A DNA stretch of 64,000 nt, from positions 37,944,001 through 38,008,000 of the forward strand of contig NC_086380.1 in assembly GCF_036588685.1 (NCBI RefSeq), read 5' to 3'. The DNA is from Mytilus trossulus (taxonomy: Eukaryota). Of this stretch, positions 21,529 to 34,514 are shown one piece after another; the first letter of the stretch is position 1, and each line of letters begins with the position of its first letter. The notes under the pieces were generated by a model. That model worked only from the letters and a program-made list of their open reading frames with translations, was not told the origin of the DNA and searched no databases. The translations under genes and the position numbers were made by a program.

Positions 21529-23378
21529 TACGGAAGCCGCTAAGGGCCATTAAAAAAATCATTATGTCAAAATTTCGACATAACATGTCGTTAAACGACA
21601 TCGCTTTGCCGTAATTTCGACATAACATGTCGTAATAACGACATCGCTATAAATATAAAAAGAACATGTATTATGATTGCTAAGAGACTATAAATGACAC
21701 AGAAATTAACAACTATAGGTCATCATAATGCCCTCAATAATTAGAAAAGCCCCCGCATATAGTCAGCTATAAATGAGGGACGAAAGATACCAGAGGGAGA
21801 GTTCCCTTATTAATTTATTATTAGCTCCCTTGGTAAAACGCCAAATTTCATATTTAGTGTATTTCATTGTTTAATAATTTACATGAAGCTTAATAAGTAT
21901 ATATTTGTTAATTGCATAGCTTTTGCTATTTGAATTCATTGGTTAAAGATATTTATTTATATTGTAAAGTTTAATATTTGCATCGTATCAATATCTTTGG
22001 TTACCTTCTTAGGTTACCTTCTGTGAGAAACTTATATATTTTATAGATCCCATTTTAATTAGCACCGACCGTGCAAGGGCTGTCAAGGACGTTAACAACT
22101 TCCATATATATATATAACTTTAGCATGAAACCAGCCGTGGAAGGGTTGATAGCCATTCAAGGTCAAGCGTTAACTGCATGGCTTCTTGGTAAAAAGGGTG
22201 AATTGAAGTATATTGGGCACGATGCCCCTGCAACTTTTGCAAGTTTTATTCGTTTTTTTATATGCTGGTTGATTCTGGACGGTTCTGTTTGTCTCGTGAT
22301 GTCATTTTATCATAAATGACATCAAGCTGTGAAAATCATTTAATAATGTTTACCCTTTAAGTTATTTCAACTAAAATGCAGTAATGTAGGAATAAAAGAT
22401 GGAACGGAAGTACATGTATACGGTTTTCCATAAAAAAAAAATTGTTTAGATGTACAAAACTTTTATCATAGGATGTTTAACTTTCAAGGTGCATATCATC
22501 TGTCATTGTAAAATTTCTATATCTTAATTCAACCCCAATACAAATATATATATCTGACACTCTGCAAGTAAATCGAAAATGTTTAACCTTTGTTAAATTA
22601 GAATAGAATTGTATTTTCCCGGCATATAAGTTGTCGAAATACACCGTCCCCTTCAATTACTTGAACCTTGGATTGAGAATTATTTCCCAAGTCATCTATA
22701 GTGTTAACTTCTGATATATATTTTAAAATATAGTAATCTACTCCTTGATCGTCCGCGAAAATGGCTAATATTCCCGGGTTTTTATTAATTCGATGAAACA
22801 GTTTTCGTCGCTGTTGAGGATTCGTCTTTTAATTACCTCCATTTCATGCACAAGTTTATATGGACGAAAAGTTCTGGCTTCGGTCGTACATGAATTACTT
22901 TCATTACGACAGTTATAAGCTTGAATAGCAGGACAAATCGCGAAGTAAAACATTCCGTGAACTGGTATTTTAAGTCTTTTAATATTGGTGATTGCACCTT
23001 ACTGAAGTGACGACTTTAAATGATCTATTTCGGAGTACTTCCGCAACATAAATTTCAATTCGTATTTTACATTTAGAGAACTGCCTTGGTGTCTCCAATT
23101 GTCTTTGCAAAAGTTGTACGAAGTTCATGTAATGAGCTTTTTCCCCATTTCCCCGTTATTTTGAATAAATCGCTAAAAGCTATAAACGATTAATAAAAAT
23201 TGCAAAATTTAACCTGTGTCGAACCTTTGTCCCCTTAGTGATGTCGTTATTACGACATAGCGATGTCGTTAAACGACATGTTATGTCGAAATTACGACAA
23301 AGCGATGTCTTAATAACGACATGTTATGTCGAAATTACGACATATTTTTTTTTTGAATGGCCCTTAGCGGCTTCCATA
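21529..23378. mobile_element. Non-autonomous TIR DNA transposon, IS3EU-like (TAYGG termini, 6-bp TSD)
   Basis: TACGGAAGCCGCTAAGGGCCATT...AATGGCCCTTAGCGGCTTCCATA; 120-140 bp subterminal CGACAT/ATGTCG repeats; flanks TTAATC / ATAATC (5 of 6 match). Confidence 0.75.
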
Positions 23379-26300
23379 ATAATCAAAGTGTTTGTTTGTT
23401 TTTATAATGTTCCTGCAAAAGATATTTTCTACTGAAAAAAATTATAGCAATAATTTTTCCCATAAAATAAAGTCTGACCCATCCACTATACATACAAAAA
23501 AAAGATCTCGTTCATTCAAATACTTACGCAATAAAATGCTTGCCCCGCCCTTATTTCCACCGGCCCTTCCATGTGATAAATATTGAACGGTCCGTAGCTC
23601 GTAATCATTGAGGTACGACAAGGGTTATTTACCCGAAAACAGTACGTTTTTTTTTTCGATGGAGGCTTATATTTGTCGTGGTTTGTACCGGGGAATAACA
23701 GTATTGTTCGATTAAGGCTTCAATTTGTTTGGGTTATGCATCGCTTCTTCCAATTTTTCAACAAAAAAATCGAAATTAAAACATGACACGTGATTTCGTA
23801 TTAGCTAAACTGGTAAATATAGATGCTTCTTTTCCACTGTCAAAGTCACTCCTACATGAAAATGATTGAAGTAGTTTGGTTATTGAGCTCAATACACGAT
23901 TAGGCCACGTTTACAGAAAGTATTTGTCCGTACATACACATTTTTGAAATTTACTTACGTCAACGAACGATTAAAACGTGATTTAATTGTTTAATAATTG
24001 TTTTACTTTATTTGAGGTGACTTATAGGTCCATTGGGCCGGATGTATTTCTATTTATCATATATTATATGTTTATAATCTGTACATAATTTACACATGTC
24101 ACTATAATAAATAATTTACTTACTTAATATTTACTTACATAGTGGTTATTGTACAATACAGTACTGCTATATTGAGTCTTCGTATAGAATTTGACATATA
24201 CTCTCAGTGGTTAACGTTTAATACAGTAATTTTATTAACAGCTTAAGACCTCTGCTGAACATTCGAAGGTCCTTACAATGTAAAATATCGTTTCATATTG
24301 GCTTCTCGTAGGTTTTCTTTAACTAATCTGTTGGCGCTTTTAACTATAACATATATGAAAAGGAAGATGTGGTAATATTGCCAATGAGACAATTCTCCAT
24401 AAGAGACCAAATGACACAGAAATAAACAGCTACAGGTCAGGCATTTGTCAATATATAAAAATGTAGTTTGCATTTTGCCAGTTTTAAATATAATGATATT
24501 TTAATAATAGCATTATGACTTTCCAAAAATATCGGTATAAATAGATCCTGATTTCCGTGTTAGAAAACTGAGTATTAAATGGTCTAAAATAACTCTTTGT
24601 AATTAGTTATATAATTCTATCTAATCAAGGTTGATAATATAACGTTTGGAAATAGAATGATAAGAAATTATAAACCTTCATGTTCGACCAAACTTCTCTA
24701 ATGATATTTTCTACAATGAAAACAGATTACATAGTCAATCATTGAAGTTTTGTTATAAAGAATAACCAAATGTACAATATGTACGTATATGAACCCAATT
24801 GATTGCCATATGTCCACTTGATTATAACAGACAGCATTAATATTTCAGAATAAGTTTGAAAATAAAAATATTTTCCTATGACTTTTCATGTTCTGTTAAA
24901 TTGTTCCTTTTAAAATTGTTACACGATGATGACTGCTGTACTTTTATTTATTATGTCTGTTTAGTTCACGCATCATTGTAAATATAACGGAATTTGATGG
25001 GACTGTCATCAAAGTGAGAGGGTTAGTGCTATAAAACCAGGTTTAATCCACCATTTTCTACATTTGAAAATGACTATACCAAGAAAGGAATATGACAGTT
25101 CTTGTCCATTCGTTTTTGATGTGTTTTGATTTTTGATTATGCCATGTGATAATGGACTTTTCGATTGGATTTTCCTCTGAGTTCGATATTTTTGTGATTT
25201 TACTTTTTTATATCAAGCCATTATGAACTGGTATAACCACACACGCTTTAAATGTCTAGTGTCAATATTGCATGAAAGACCATTGACATATGGAAAATTC
25301 CCCCCCTTGAATTCTATACTATTGGTCAATATTTTAAATGGAAAATTGAAGCCGTGGTCAACCTCCAATAGCAGGAAATCCTCCAACCAGAATATTTAAC
25401 TCGCAGTATTTCTTTAAATGAATGTCAAATGTACACTAGGTTACGCTATATACTTATATACAGTAGCTATTTAAATTTGAAATCAGAAGTCTATAAAGCA
25501 GGGGGTTTAAGTTTCCATAGCTGAGTAAAATAAAACATTTTGTTTTAGTCCTATACCAAGAACAAATGAAGTACTTATTTATTCATTATGAATAACAAAG
25601 ATACAATAGCCAAGTCAACTTGAGAAAAATATGAGGTCTATTAGAAGGGGGTCAGTTTTTCAGGGATTGTGTGAAAAATATAAAATAGCATAGTTAAACA
25701 TATTCACGGGTGTCATTTGGTTAAACGAGAGAAATGATCGTGAAAGAATATCTTACGGTGGTCAAATATTGCGAGACGATCGTGAAAGCTCTGGATCGTG
25801 AAAAAAAAAGAAAGAAAAAAAAAGATATATGAAAGACATTTAATCGAGAAGACATATGGTTGGTCAATAAATAATCTTATCTAATTAATTACACAGACAA
25901 ATTAAATTCACAATAAAATAAAACTGTCTGTCAAAATGGTTTAACATAATGATCAGTATGTGAGAAAAATCCAGTTTTGAAAGTACATAATGTTTACAAA
26001 ACAAACAAAAAGCAGATTGCTTCTCGACATTTCAATGACATACAAAATGATAACAAACATGATTTTTTCGTAAATTAGAATAAAATCGACTACATTTTTT
26101 CGAATAAGGGCACTCTATTTGAATGAATTAAATGGTTATCATAGTATTTTGTATAAACATAATCTGAAACTTGGTAAAACAAAAATTATTACCCAAATTT
26201 GATTTTCGGATCGTGAAAGATCACGTACCGCTTTTTGAAGATCGTGAAAAGGATCGTGAAAGATCTGATGCTACGAAGACGTTCAAATTATTCTTCAATT

Positions 26301-26582
26301 ATATGATAATTAATAAATGTTATTGGTATGGAGAGAAACAAAATTGGCTAAGATCCTCGATAACTTAAAGCATTTCAAAATATTAATATTATATACCTGG
26401 GCCCAGTTGTTCAAAAGTGTCGTTAGGCTAACGATGTCGTTAAAGTGTCGTTAACGTGTCGTTATAATTTAACGATAATGTTAAGTGTTGTTCAAAAATA
26501 TTATCGTGAACTTTTGTGTTAAAACCTCGCTAACTTTAATCACTTATTTACCCATGATTAAATGCTAACGACTGCGTTAAAC

Positions 26583-29500
26583 ATGGCTGGCCTAGCATTG
26601 TTCAATGTTCCACCACAAAGAAGACCACAACATTTTCGCAATAGGGATGGCTTTTCTTTAGAGTTTAGTGATGAGGAGTTAAGGGCAAGATACAGATTCA
26701 GCCGACAAAGTATTATGGTTATCTCGGACCTTGTAAGAGATGACTTACAGAGAGGGACACACAGAAACCATGCACTCACTGTGGAACAGCAAGTCATGGT
26801 TACCCCAAGATTTTTGGCCAGTGGAAGTTTTCTTCAAGTTGTTGGAGACACACTTGGTAAGAATTTAATTGGTTTTATAATTATATTTGTATCCATTCAG
26901 TTATTTGTTTTTAGTGTTGATAATATATTATCGAATTTACCGTCAATATCTTTGTTGCCAATTTCTTATTAAGTCATCATGGTTTTAATAAATAAAAAAT
27001 CTCCTTTTAAAGGGTTGGACAAAGGCACAGTGTCAAGAGTTGTACAGGACACTACGGCTGCATTGTGTAAGAGGCAGAACGAGTTCGTTAAATGGCCAAG
27101 AAGCGACGTAGAAAAAAACAAGATAAAGGCTGGGAATTACAGAATTGGAGGGTTTCCCAATGTTATTGGAGCCATTGATGGGACGCACATACGTATCCAG
27201 GCACCTACCACTGATGAGGCATCCTATGTCAACAGAAAAGGGTACCACAGCATCAATGTGCAGGCTGTGTGTGATGCAGATGGTATGTTTACAAAAGTGT
27301 AATGTCCCTTACAGCAAAAAAAAAAAATTAAAGGGAAGCAAGTCAACTAGTTCCTTGCAAAACTCGTACCTTGACAGCTCGTACATAATTTGAACCATTG
27401 CATACCTGAACCATTCAAAATACAGGATATATGCATAAAAACCAGTGCTGGTATATTGATAATAGTTTTCATGTGTTCAAAAGAATTTGCAATTCTATAG
27501 CATATTTTAAAAGTGGGACTGTCTCTTAACTAAGTTGCAGATGTGTTTTTGATCCATGACAATTCAAGATAAATAGATGGAGTTATTCCTCTTTGTACTG
27601 GCTCTCTCCAAACAAGTACTTTTTTTTATATATTCATGTTTCCCTATTTGTTCTTAATCATATTTAATTAGTAGCAATCTTGAAAGTTAGATTGCATGTG
27701 TTGTTTGTTGGGATATTGTATGAACTTTATAATTTCGAAAAGAAAACATGTCCTATTTTTTTGGTTTAACTAAATTTGCTAGTTGAGAATTTCATGTGAT
27801 CTATAAAGAATTCGCTATTTTCACTGTTCTCTTTTACAGGAAAATTTACAAATATTAACACACCATGGCCAGGAAATGCACATGATGCACACATCTTTAG
27901 AACTTCACAGGTAAATCAAATCTTCCTTCCATTCATTTTTTATTGTTATCGTTCACTATAAATTTATGCACAATCTTTAATAAAAAAATAATGTGTCTTG
28001 AACAAGTTAAAAATTTAATGTGTCTTTACAAGTTGAAAAATTAGTGCTGATGAATTATTTTTAATCAGTTATGCCTTTTGGAAAAAAAAAGGATTAAATA
28101 TGGAATATTGCCACATTTATAAGGGCCCTTAATTATGTGTACAAATATTGCCAGATTGTTATGAAGTTTATATTGTACATTTTATGATCAACACTTTTGA
28201 TGCGTTTCAAAATCTGAGTAATTAATTTTTAAAAGAGTTTTAGAACAATTATTTATATTGGTAATGACATTTCATTATTTGAATCCTTAAATTAAGAGAC
28301 ATATAAATTGTTTTATTTATTGCCCTTGTATCTTAAATAGATAACATATAGGCAATGTATAGAATATTCTATATGGGATTTTCTCACTGTTGAAGGCCGT
28401 GAAGAGACCTGTAGATGTTAATCTCTGTGTTATTTTGGTCTCTTGTAGAGAGTTGTCTCATTGGAATTCATACCACATCCTCCTTTTTTTTTTTTATATA
28501 TTCACTATTCTTTAAATATTTTTATTTCTATCATTCATAAATTTACAAAACAATTTGTCCAGTGGAAACATGATTGTGTTTTACATATTCTAATTTCATT
28601 GTTTAGGTATGTACACACATGGAAAGGACACCTAATTGGGAAAGTGGCATCTTACTTGGGGATAGTGGATATTCATGCCGCCCATTCATCATGACGCATT
28701 ATGCCCGTCCTGCAAATGAAGACCAAACAAGGTTTAACAAGCATCATGCAAGAACAAGATGTGTAATAGAAAGGACATTTGGGAGATGGAAAAGGCGTTT
28801 TCATGTACTTCATACAGAGGTATTAATCTAATTTAAAAAATATTAAAGTTAGGGAACAAGTATTTAAGGCAGCAACGATTTGATTTTCTGGGAGGGAGGG
28901 GGGCTTTGGGGGAGTAGCTATGGTTTTTTTTGGGGAAAAAAAAAGTTTGTTTCCTGTTTTTAGAGAAAAAAATAATTTGTTTTTGACCCTGAGAAAAAAA
29001 AAAGTTTGTTAAACCCTCAGCTGCCACTATATGTAATGCTAACATTGAATGAAAAAAAAGTGCTTTCGACTTGTCGCCAAAAAAAATAGGTTGTTCTTCC
29101 CCAAAGGCGAAAAAAAAAGTTGGCAGAGAAAAAAAGCAACATAACCCCCCCCCCCCTCCCAGAAAATCAAATGATTGCTGTCTAACTACTGGATGGACGG
29201 AGAAGTGGTAAAGATTTTTTTTACTTAAAAAAAAAAGCAGGTTTATGAAAGCCCTTTATGACTTAACATGTTCAATTCTAAATAAAGAATAATTTGATTC
29301 ATTATACAGTGTCAAAAAAATAAGAACTGAAATTTCAACAAAAAAATGCATGTATATAATTAGATGATATGAGTGCCAAGAAGACAACTCTGCAAACATG
29401 TCACAATGTATAACATAGGCTGATTTAAAAATTGGGCCCTTTTCTGGAAAAAAAATGGATGATTGTATACCAAATCACTGAAGCGTGACCACTCTTAGGG

Positions 29501-30010
29501 AGTAAGTGGACTCCCCCCCCCCACCCCTTCTGAAAATTTCTAGATCTGCCACTGTATAGAAAGTTAAGAATGTTGGTCAATTATTCGTCCTTCAAGACAG
29601 AGCCTTGTACAAAAGTAAACAGCAAGCTGTTAAGGGCCCAAAATTCTTATCTATAGAAAATTAAAAAAAAAATTAATAACAACAACACTCGACAAACATG
29701 AAACAAAATGCTCAACAAAGATTATGGAAGAGTTTTAATAAGACTACTAATGTCATAAGTTCATATTTTTTTTAATAAATTTTAATATTTTTTTTTTACT
29801 TTTATTTTATAGATTTGTATGAAACCTGAAAAGGCATGTAGTATTATCATGGCGTGTGCCATTCTGCACAATATAGCTTTGTGGATGAATGAGCCTGACC
29901 TGCCAGAAGATCAAGAAGAGGAGATGCCTAATGTAGACGCAGTGTACAACGGGGCCAATGATGGAAGGAGAATTAGGGATCACATCACTCAGATGTACTT
30001 CACCAATTAA
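26583..30010 (+). CDS. Harbinger DDE transposase (HARBI1-like), 5 exons: 26583-26856, 27013-27282, 27840-27910, 28607-28819, 29813-30010; 341 aa
   Basis: GT/AG joins give an open 1026-nt frame with RYRF, GAIDGTH (D), NRKGYHSINVQ, WPGNAHD, GDSGY (D), IERTFG (E), KRRF, ACAILHN. Confidence 0.92.
28868..29182. mobile_element. MITE in transposase intron 4 (Kolobok-like)
   Basis: TTAA-GGCAGCAACGATTTGATTTTCTGGGAG ... CTCCCAGAAAATCAAATGATTGCTGTC-TAA; an isolated end of the same family lies at ~31045-31083. Confidence 0.65.
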
Positions 30011-30643
30011 ATTCACACATTAAATTCTTAATTACCTTTCCACATTATTTTGTTTCTCTTTATTTTTCTAGAGGTAGAAGTTATGCCTCCCACATAAATT
30101 GTATGTACAGACACTTTAGGTTGGCGAAGTTTCAATCTGTCTTATGACTTTTGTCATCGACCTCTATTTCATGGTTCAGCGATGGCAGTTAAGTTTTTTT
30201 GTCTATCATGTGAAATTCTCAATCATTATTTATAGGTAAGACAGTATTTGGTCTATTGAATTATTGCTAGGTTTCATATCAATAAGTAAAATTGAGAATT
30301 AAAAAGGGGAAAAAGAGACAACAACCCGACAATACTAAAACATGGTTCACCTGACCTTACCTAGGAATAAAACATATACCGTATAGTCATTTATTCAGTT
30401 TTTGTGATATTTGTAGTTACAACTGTATCTTCAAGACTTTCTGCATAAATTGAATGTTAATTAGCATCAGAAATCACTTGATCCTATCAGTGTGAGCACT
30501 ACTGTTTATAATTGTGTTACCAGTGGAAAACAAAAAAATCAACCAGACAAAGAGTCAACATATTTATATATATAATATATATTTAAGATAAACAAAACAA
30601 AAAGAGAACAACAGGTAAACATTAGAAATAGAATCTTTATATT

Positions 30644-33600
30644 CTACTGCTCCAAGAAAGACAGCAACCCTGTAGTAAGATTGTCATCAAGCTTGCTGTG
30701 AAGTCTTTCATATAACTGAATTTGGAGGTTGGTTTTAATCAGTTTTCTCTCCAAAACTTGACACTGCAGACTGTATACATCATCAGCTGTCTTCTTCTTG
30801 GGTTTCTTTTGTGGTGGCTCCTGTTCATCAGGTCTAGAAAACAAGGAGATGAAACATAAAATAGTATTCACCAGCAGGGCTATAAAAAGCGACACTTTTC
30901 TAACAAGCAGGACATAAAAAGGGACCCTGTGTAACCAGCAGGGCATGCAAAAGCAACCCTGTTTTGAGATACACTCCTACCGCTTTAGCTAGGAAGGAAA
31001 TACCCCCACCCCAGATCTGTTTGTTTGTACAGAAAAAAACCATACCCCCCCCCCCCCCGAAAATCAAATGGTTGCTGCCTTAAAACTTGAAACGATTGAT
31101 GCTTTATGTCAAGGACCACTTTTCCTTTTATGTTGGAGTGCCTTGTGGTTATTGTGAATATGTTTTATGTACGATTGGGCGAGATATAACAACAATTCTT
31201 CATAAATAGATGATCTATAGAACCAACAATGAGGTCAGTTTAACCAATATTTTCATAGGAGACTAAACATTTTAGGATAAACACATATTATTCTTAAACA
31301 TTATATGCTATAAAGGATTAATGCTGGTACAAATAAGATAATATAAAAATGGCACATAGATGAAGAATAGACAAAAACAAAACAAAAACCATATTTACTT
31401 AAATGCCACTATATATTAATTTTTGGAAATTAGTATGGTGTTCATTATCACTGAACTAGTATATATTTGTTTATGGGCCAACTGATTAACGCCTCCGGGT
31501 GCGGGAATTTCTGGCTTCATTGAAGACATGTTGGTGACCTTCTGTTGTTGTGTTTTTCTATGGTCGGGTTGATGTCTCTTTGACACATTCCCCATTTCCA
31601 TTCTCATTTTCATTACTTAGAGTTTACAGTATACCTAACAGTCAGGTCAGTCCTGTTCTGTACCACCTCATGAACAACTGTTACTGGGGCTGCTGCAGGA
31701 ATTGAGGCATCACTGATGGCATTAAAATTAAAGTCCAGGCGATTTCTCCATACGTCCTCCATCTCCTCATTCACGGTACTGGACTGCACATCCACACTGG
31801 ACTGTGATGTGTGTTGTAATTGGTCTGAAATAGTTATATGTACTCATTAGAACAAACTACATAAGTCTTAAAATCATTTATTCAATTTTATTTGTTCAGT
31901 CTTATTTTTTTTTAATTCCCACTATTTTTTCAACTCTTAAAATTGTATTTTATTGTAAGCAAAAGCCAGCTTTTAATCTAACATAGTTTCAACAAGTACA
32001 CAGTGTTTAAATCAAAGATATTTGTATCAGTATCACCGTGATCGTAAAATAAAATCTTGATGGTCTGGATGTTGTTTTTTTTATTTTAGAATTGTCTAGG
32101 TCATTTTCTTGTTCTTGATATTTACACAATTTTTTGTCAATTTTTGTCTTTAATTTTTTCCCCATTATTTTGCATTCTGAAAAAAACACACCAATTTATG
32201 CCCTATTTCTAGTATCTATAAACATATATATGGGCATTCAAAAAGGAGAATTTGGTAGACGAGGACAAAATATGAATATTTTATCATGGTAAGATATGTA
32301 GGTGTTTAGAGGTGACAGAATTTAAAGAAAAGACTTTTTTTCTCTTAAAATAGTTGTACCTTTGTGTCCTGAATGATGGATTATGAAGGATATAGTGCTA
32401 TGCATCATAGATGGAATGTCAGAACTGACTGATAAATTGAAAATGTCTTTGTGTTTCAAGCTGAGATATGAGTTTAATTCATCTCTCTCTTCCTCAGAGA
32501 CGCCTTTAGTTTTGTCAACATAATCATCCAACTTTTGGCAATGATTTTAATGGCTGGTAATTCTGAAGATATTCTTCAATTTGACCCTTCATCTCTTTTG
32601 CTTTTTTTACTAAGGAGGAGGGCCTAACTGAAGGAAATATTACATATTTACTTCATTTGAGAAACTGTTTTTATGCAAAAAGTAGTAAACTTAAAAATAG
32701 GCACTTAAATGCTCTGATTATACTTATTTTTCCAAAGTAGGGCGAACGGACTCGATGAACGAACAGACACGGGGCGAACATATTATTAGGGCGAACTATC
32801 CCGATACCGAAATTAACAGGAATAAGGGGGATAAAAGGAGATGGGTTATCTTAACCGGAGAATGTTTAAAGAAACGCATTTCATGATGAGCAAGAAATAA
32901 TTTAATACATAAAAGCTAAATTCACGATTGAATGTCATATTAGAGAACTCACAAATTGATGCATATCAAATACAAAAAAAAAACGTCGTACAAAATTTAT
33001 CCTTAAACACCCCCATAAATATTTTGCGATGACATAAGCGGCTTGTGTTCGGCGCCAAGGACAGCCAAGTTGCAGATAGAATCATGAATTGTAAACAAAT
33101 AAGCTACATAAGGTGAGATTTTGACACAAACTGCAGAGCATTTAGCTTATAGGAATGATTCAAGAAAGCACACAAGACTGTCATTGAAAATGTCACAGTT
33201 TACAACTCAATATTGTAACGATAAAAATGCATCTATTTTTATTTCGAAGGTCAGGGTCAAAATTTGGGATTCCCCCTGTTGTATATTTGTAAACATTGCA
33301 GACGATAAATAGCCTTTTGATTAAAATGTGTCTTGTAAATTTCGGAATGAAAAGACTGTTTTAAAAGCATTATTACAGTAATTTAAAAAAAAATTAAACA
33401 TATATTACCTTCTGGTCCCTCAATGACAGTTTCCTGACCACCGGGAATCCCGAGGAAAGAGGCAGTGTCATTCATGCAATTTATAATATTCTCCTCTGCT
33501 TGGGAAGGCTGGGTTGGAGGAGGACCACCACCAGTTTGTGTTCTTTCCTTCTGCACTAGGGTAAATTTTTGCTTAGCCCCACGGGTCAGGTTTCTCCAGC

Positions 33601-33826
33601 GGTTTCGAACCTCTGTCTCTGTCCTGAGACACACCCCCAATGCATTCACTTTGGATGTTATTTCCGTCCACATTTCCTGTTTTTTGGCATTGGTAACCTC
33701 TGGGGAATGCTTCCCCTGGAGTAATTCTAGATGTGTTGTAGCCAGCTCACTTATTAAATTACTCTCAACTGCTGTGAAGTTTAGTTTTCTTTCTCTTGAA
33801 GTTTTTGCAGACACATTCGCAGCCAT
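30644..33826 (-). CDS. Harbinger Myb/SANT-like DNA-binding protein (NAIF1/MSANTD-like); exons 33826-33409, 31824-31635, 30833-30644 (265 aa), plus a possible frameshifted exon 32627-32360
   Basis: RKLNFT..E...K.EMW.EI...VNA....RT..EVR.RWRNL...TGGGP trihelix motif; splice phases 1 and 2 join in frame; basic KKPKKK and a C-terminal coiled-coil-like segment. Confidence 0.88.
31430..31612 (+). repeat. SINE-like fragment in a Myb gene intron
   Basis: GCCTCCGGGTGCGGGAATTTC...GACACATTCCCCATTTCCATTCTC; related inverted fragments at ~30286-30332 and ~41245-41295. Confidence 0.55.
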
Positions 33827-34514
33827 GTTGATTAATACAGGAAGTTTAATTTTACAAAGAATTGTGGGAATTTTATTTTTTTAATCACATCGTTAAATTT
33901 TAACACTGCGTTAACTAACATTGTCGTTAACATTTTTTGAACAACAATCTTTAACGCATTGATTAGTTAGCGACTGCGTTAAGATTTAACGACTCGTTAG
34001 GCTTAATCATCGTTAAATTTAACGACACTTTTGAACAACTGGGCCCTGTATGCTAATAGCACCACGGTATATGGTTTATAGTGTACATGTCTGTCTGCAT
34101 GTTTCATATATGACGTCAATTGTAATTGATATATCAAATGATAGTAAGATTTCTAAGTCTGGCTGTTGATCAGGGTTCATATATACTTTCGACCTTATGT
34201 TCCGAATTGATTGGCCAAACATTACTTTTACGTTTGTCATTTGTAAGGTACTGTAGGATCGGGAACGTCTATATTGGTGTACATGATGTTTGTAGAGATA
34301 TGTATGGCAGGGTTCATCTGACCTTGACTCTTTTTATGAAACATTGACAACCTTACGTGTATTTTACAATTCTAGTAAAAACCTACGGACGTCCAACATA
34401 TATGCTATCATAAGTAAAGCAGACGAAACATTTCAGCGTTTGCGCTCTGGTATTCTTTAGTCTGAAGTATATAGTTATCTCATTGGAAATCAATCCACAT
34501 CTGCTATGATTGCT

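Larger units (their letters stand above)
26400..34045. mobile_element. Complete PIF/Harbinger transposon with convergent transposase and Myb/SANT genes
   Basis: Perfect 26-bp TIR GGCCCAGTTGTTCAAAAGTGTCGTTA (26400-26425; 34020-34045); CTG duplication at 26397-26399 and 34046-34048. Confidence 0.93.

Noticed and set aside
25737-26262. Spaced GATCGTGAAAG repeats as a CRISPR-like array
   Set aside because: Only 11 bp, irregular spacing, mirrored at the other end of the element, no cas genes, eukaryotic context; better explained as subterminal transposon motifs.
26583-33826. Assigning the gene symbols HARBI1 and NAIF1
   Set aside because: Intact TIRs and TSD show a transposon; orthology to the domesticated vertebrate genes is unsupported.
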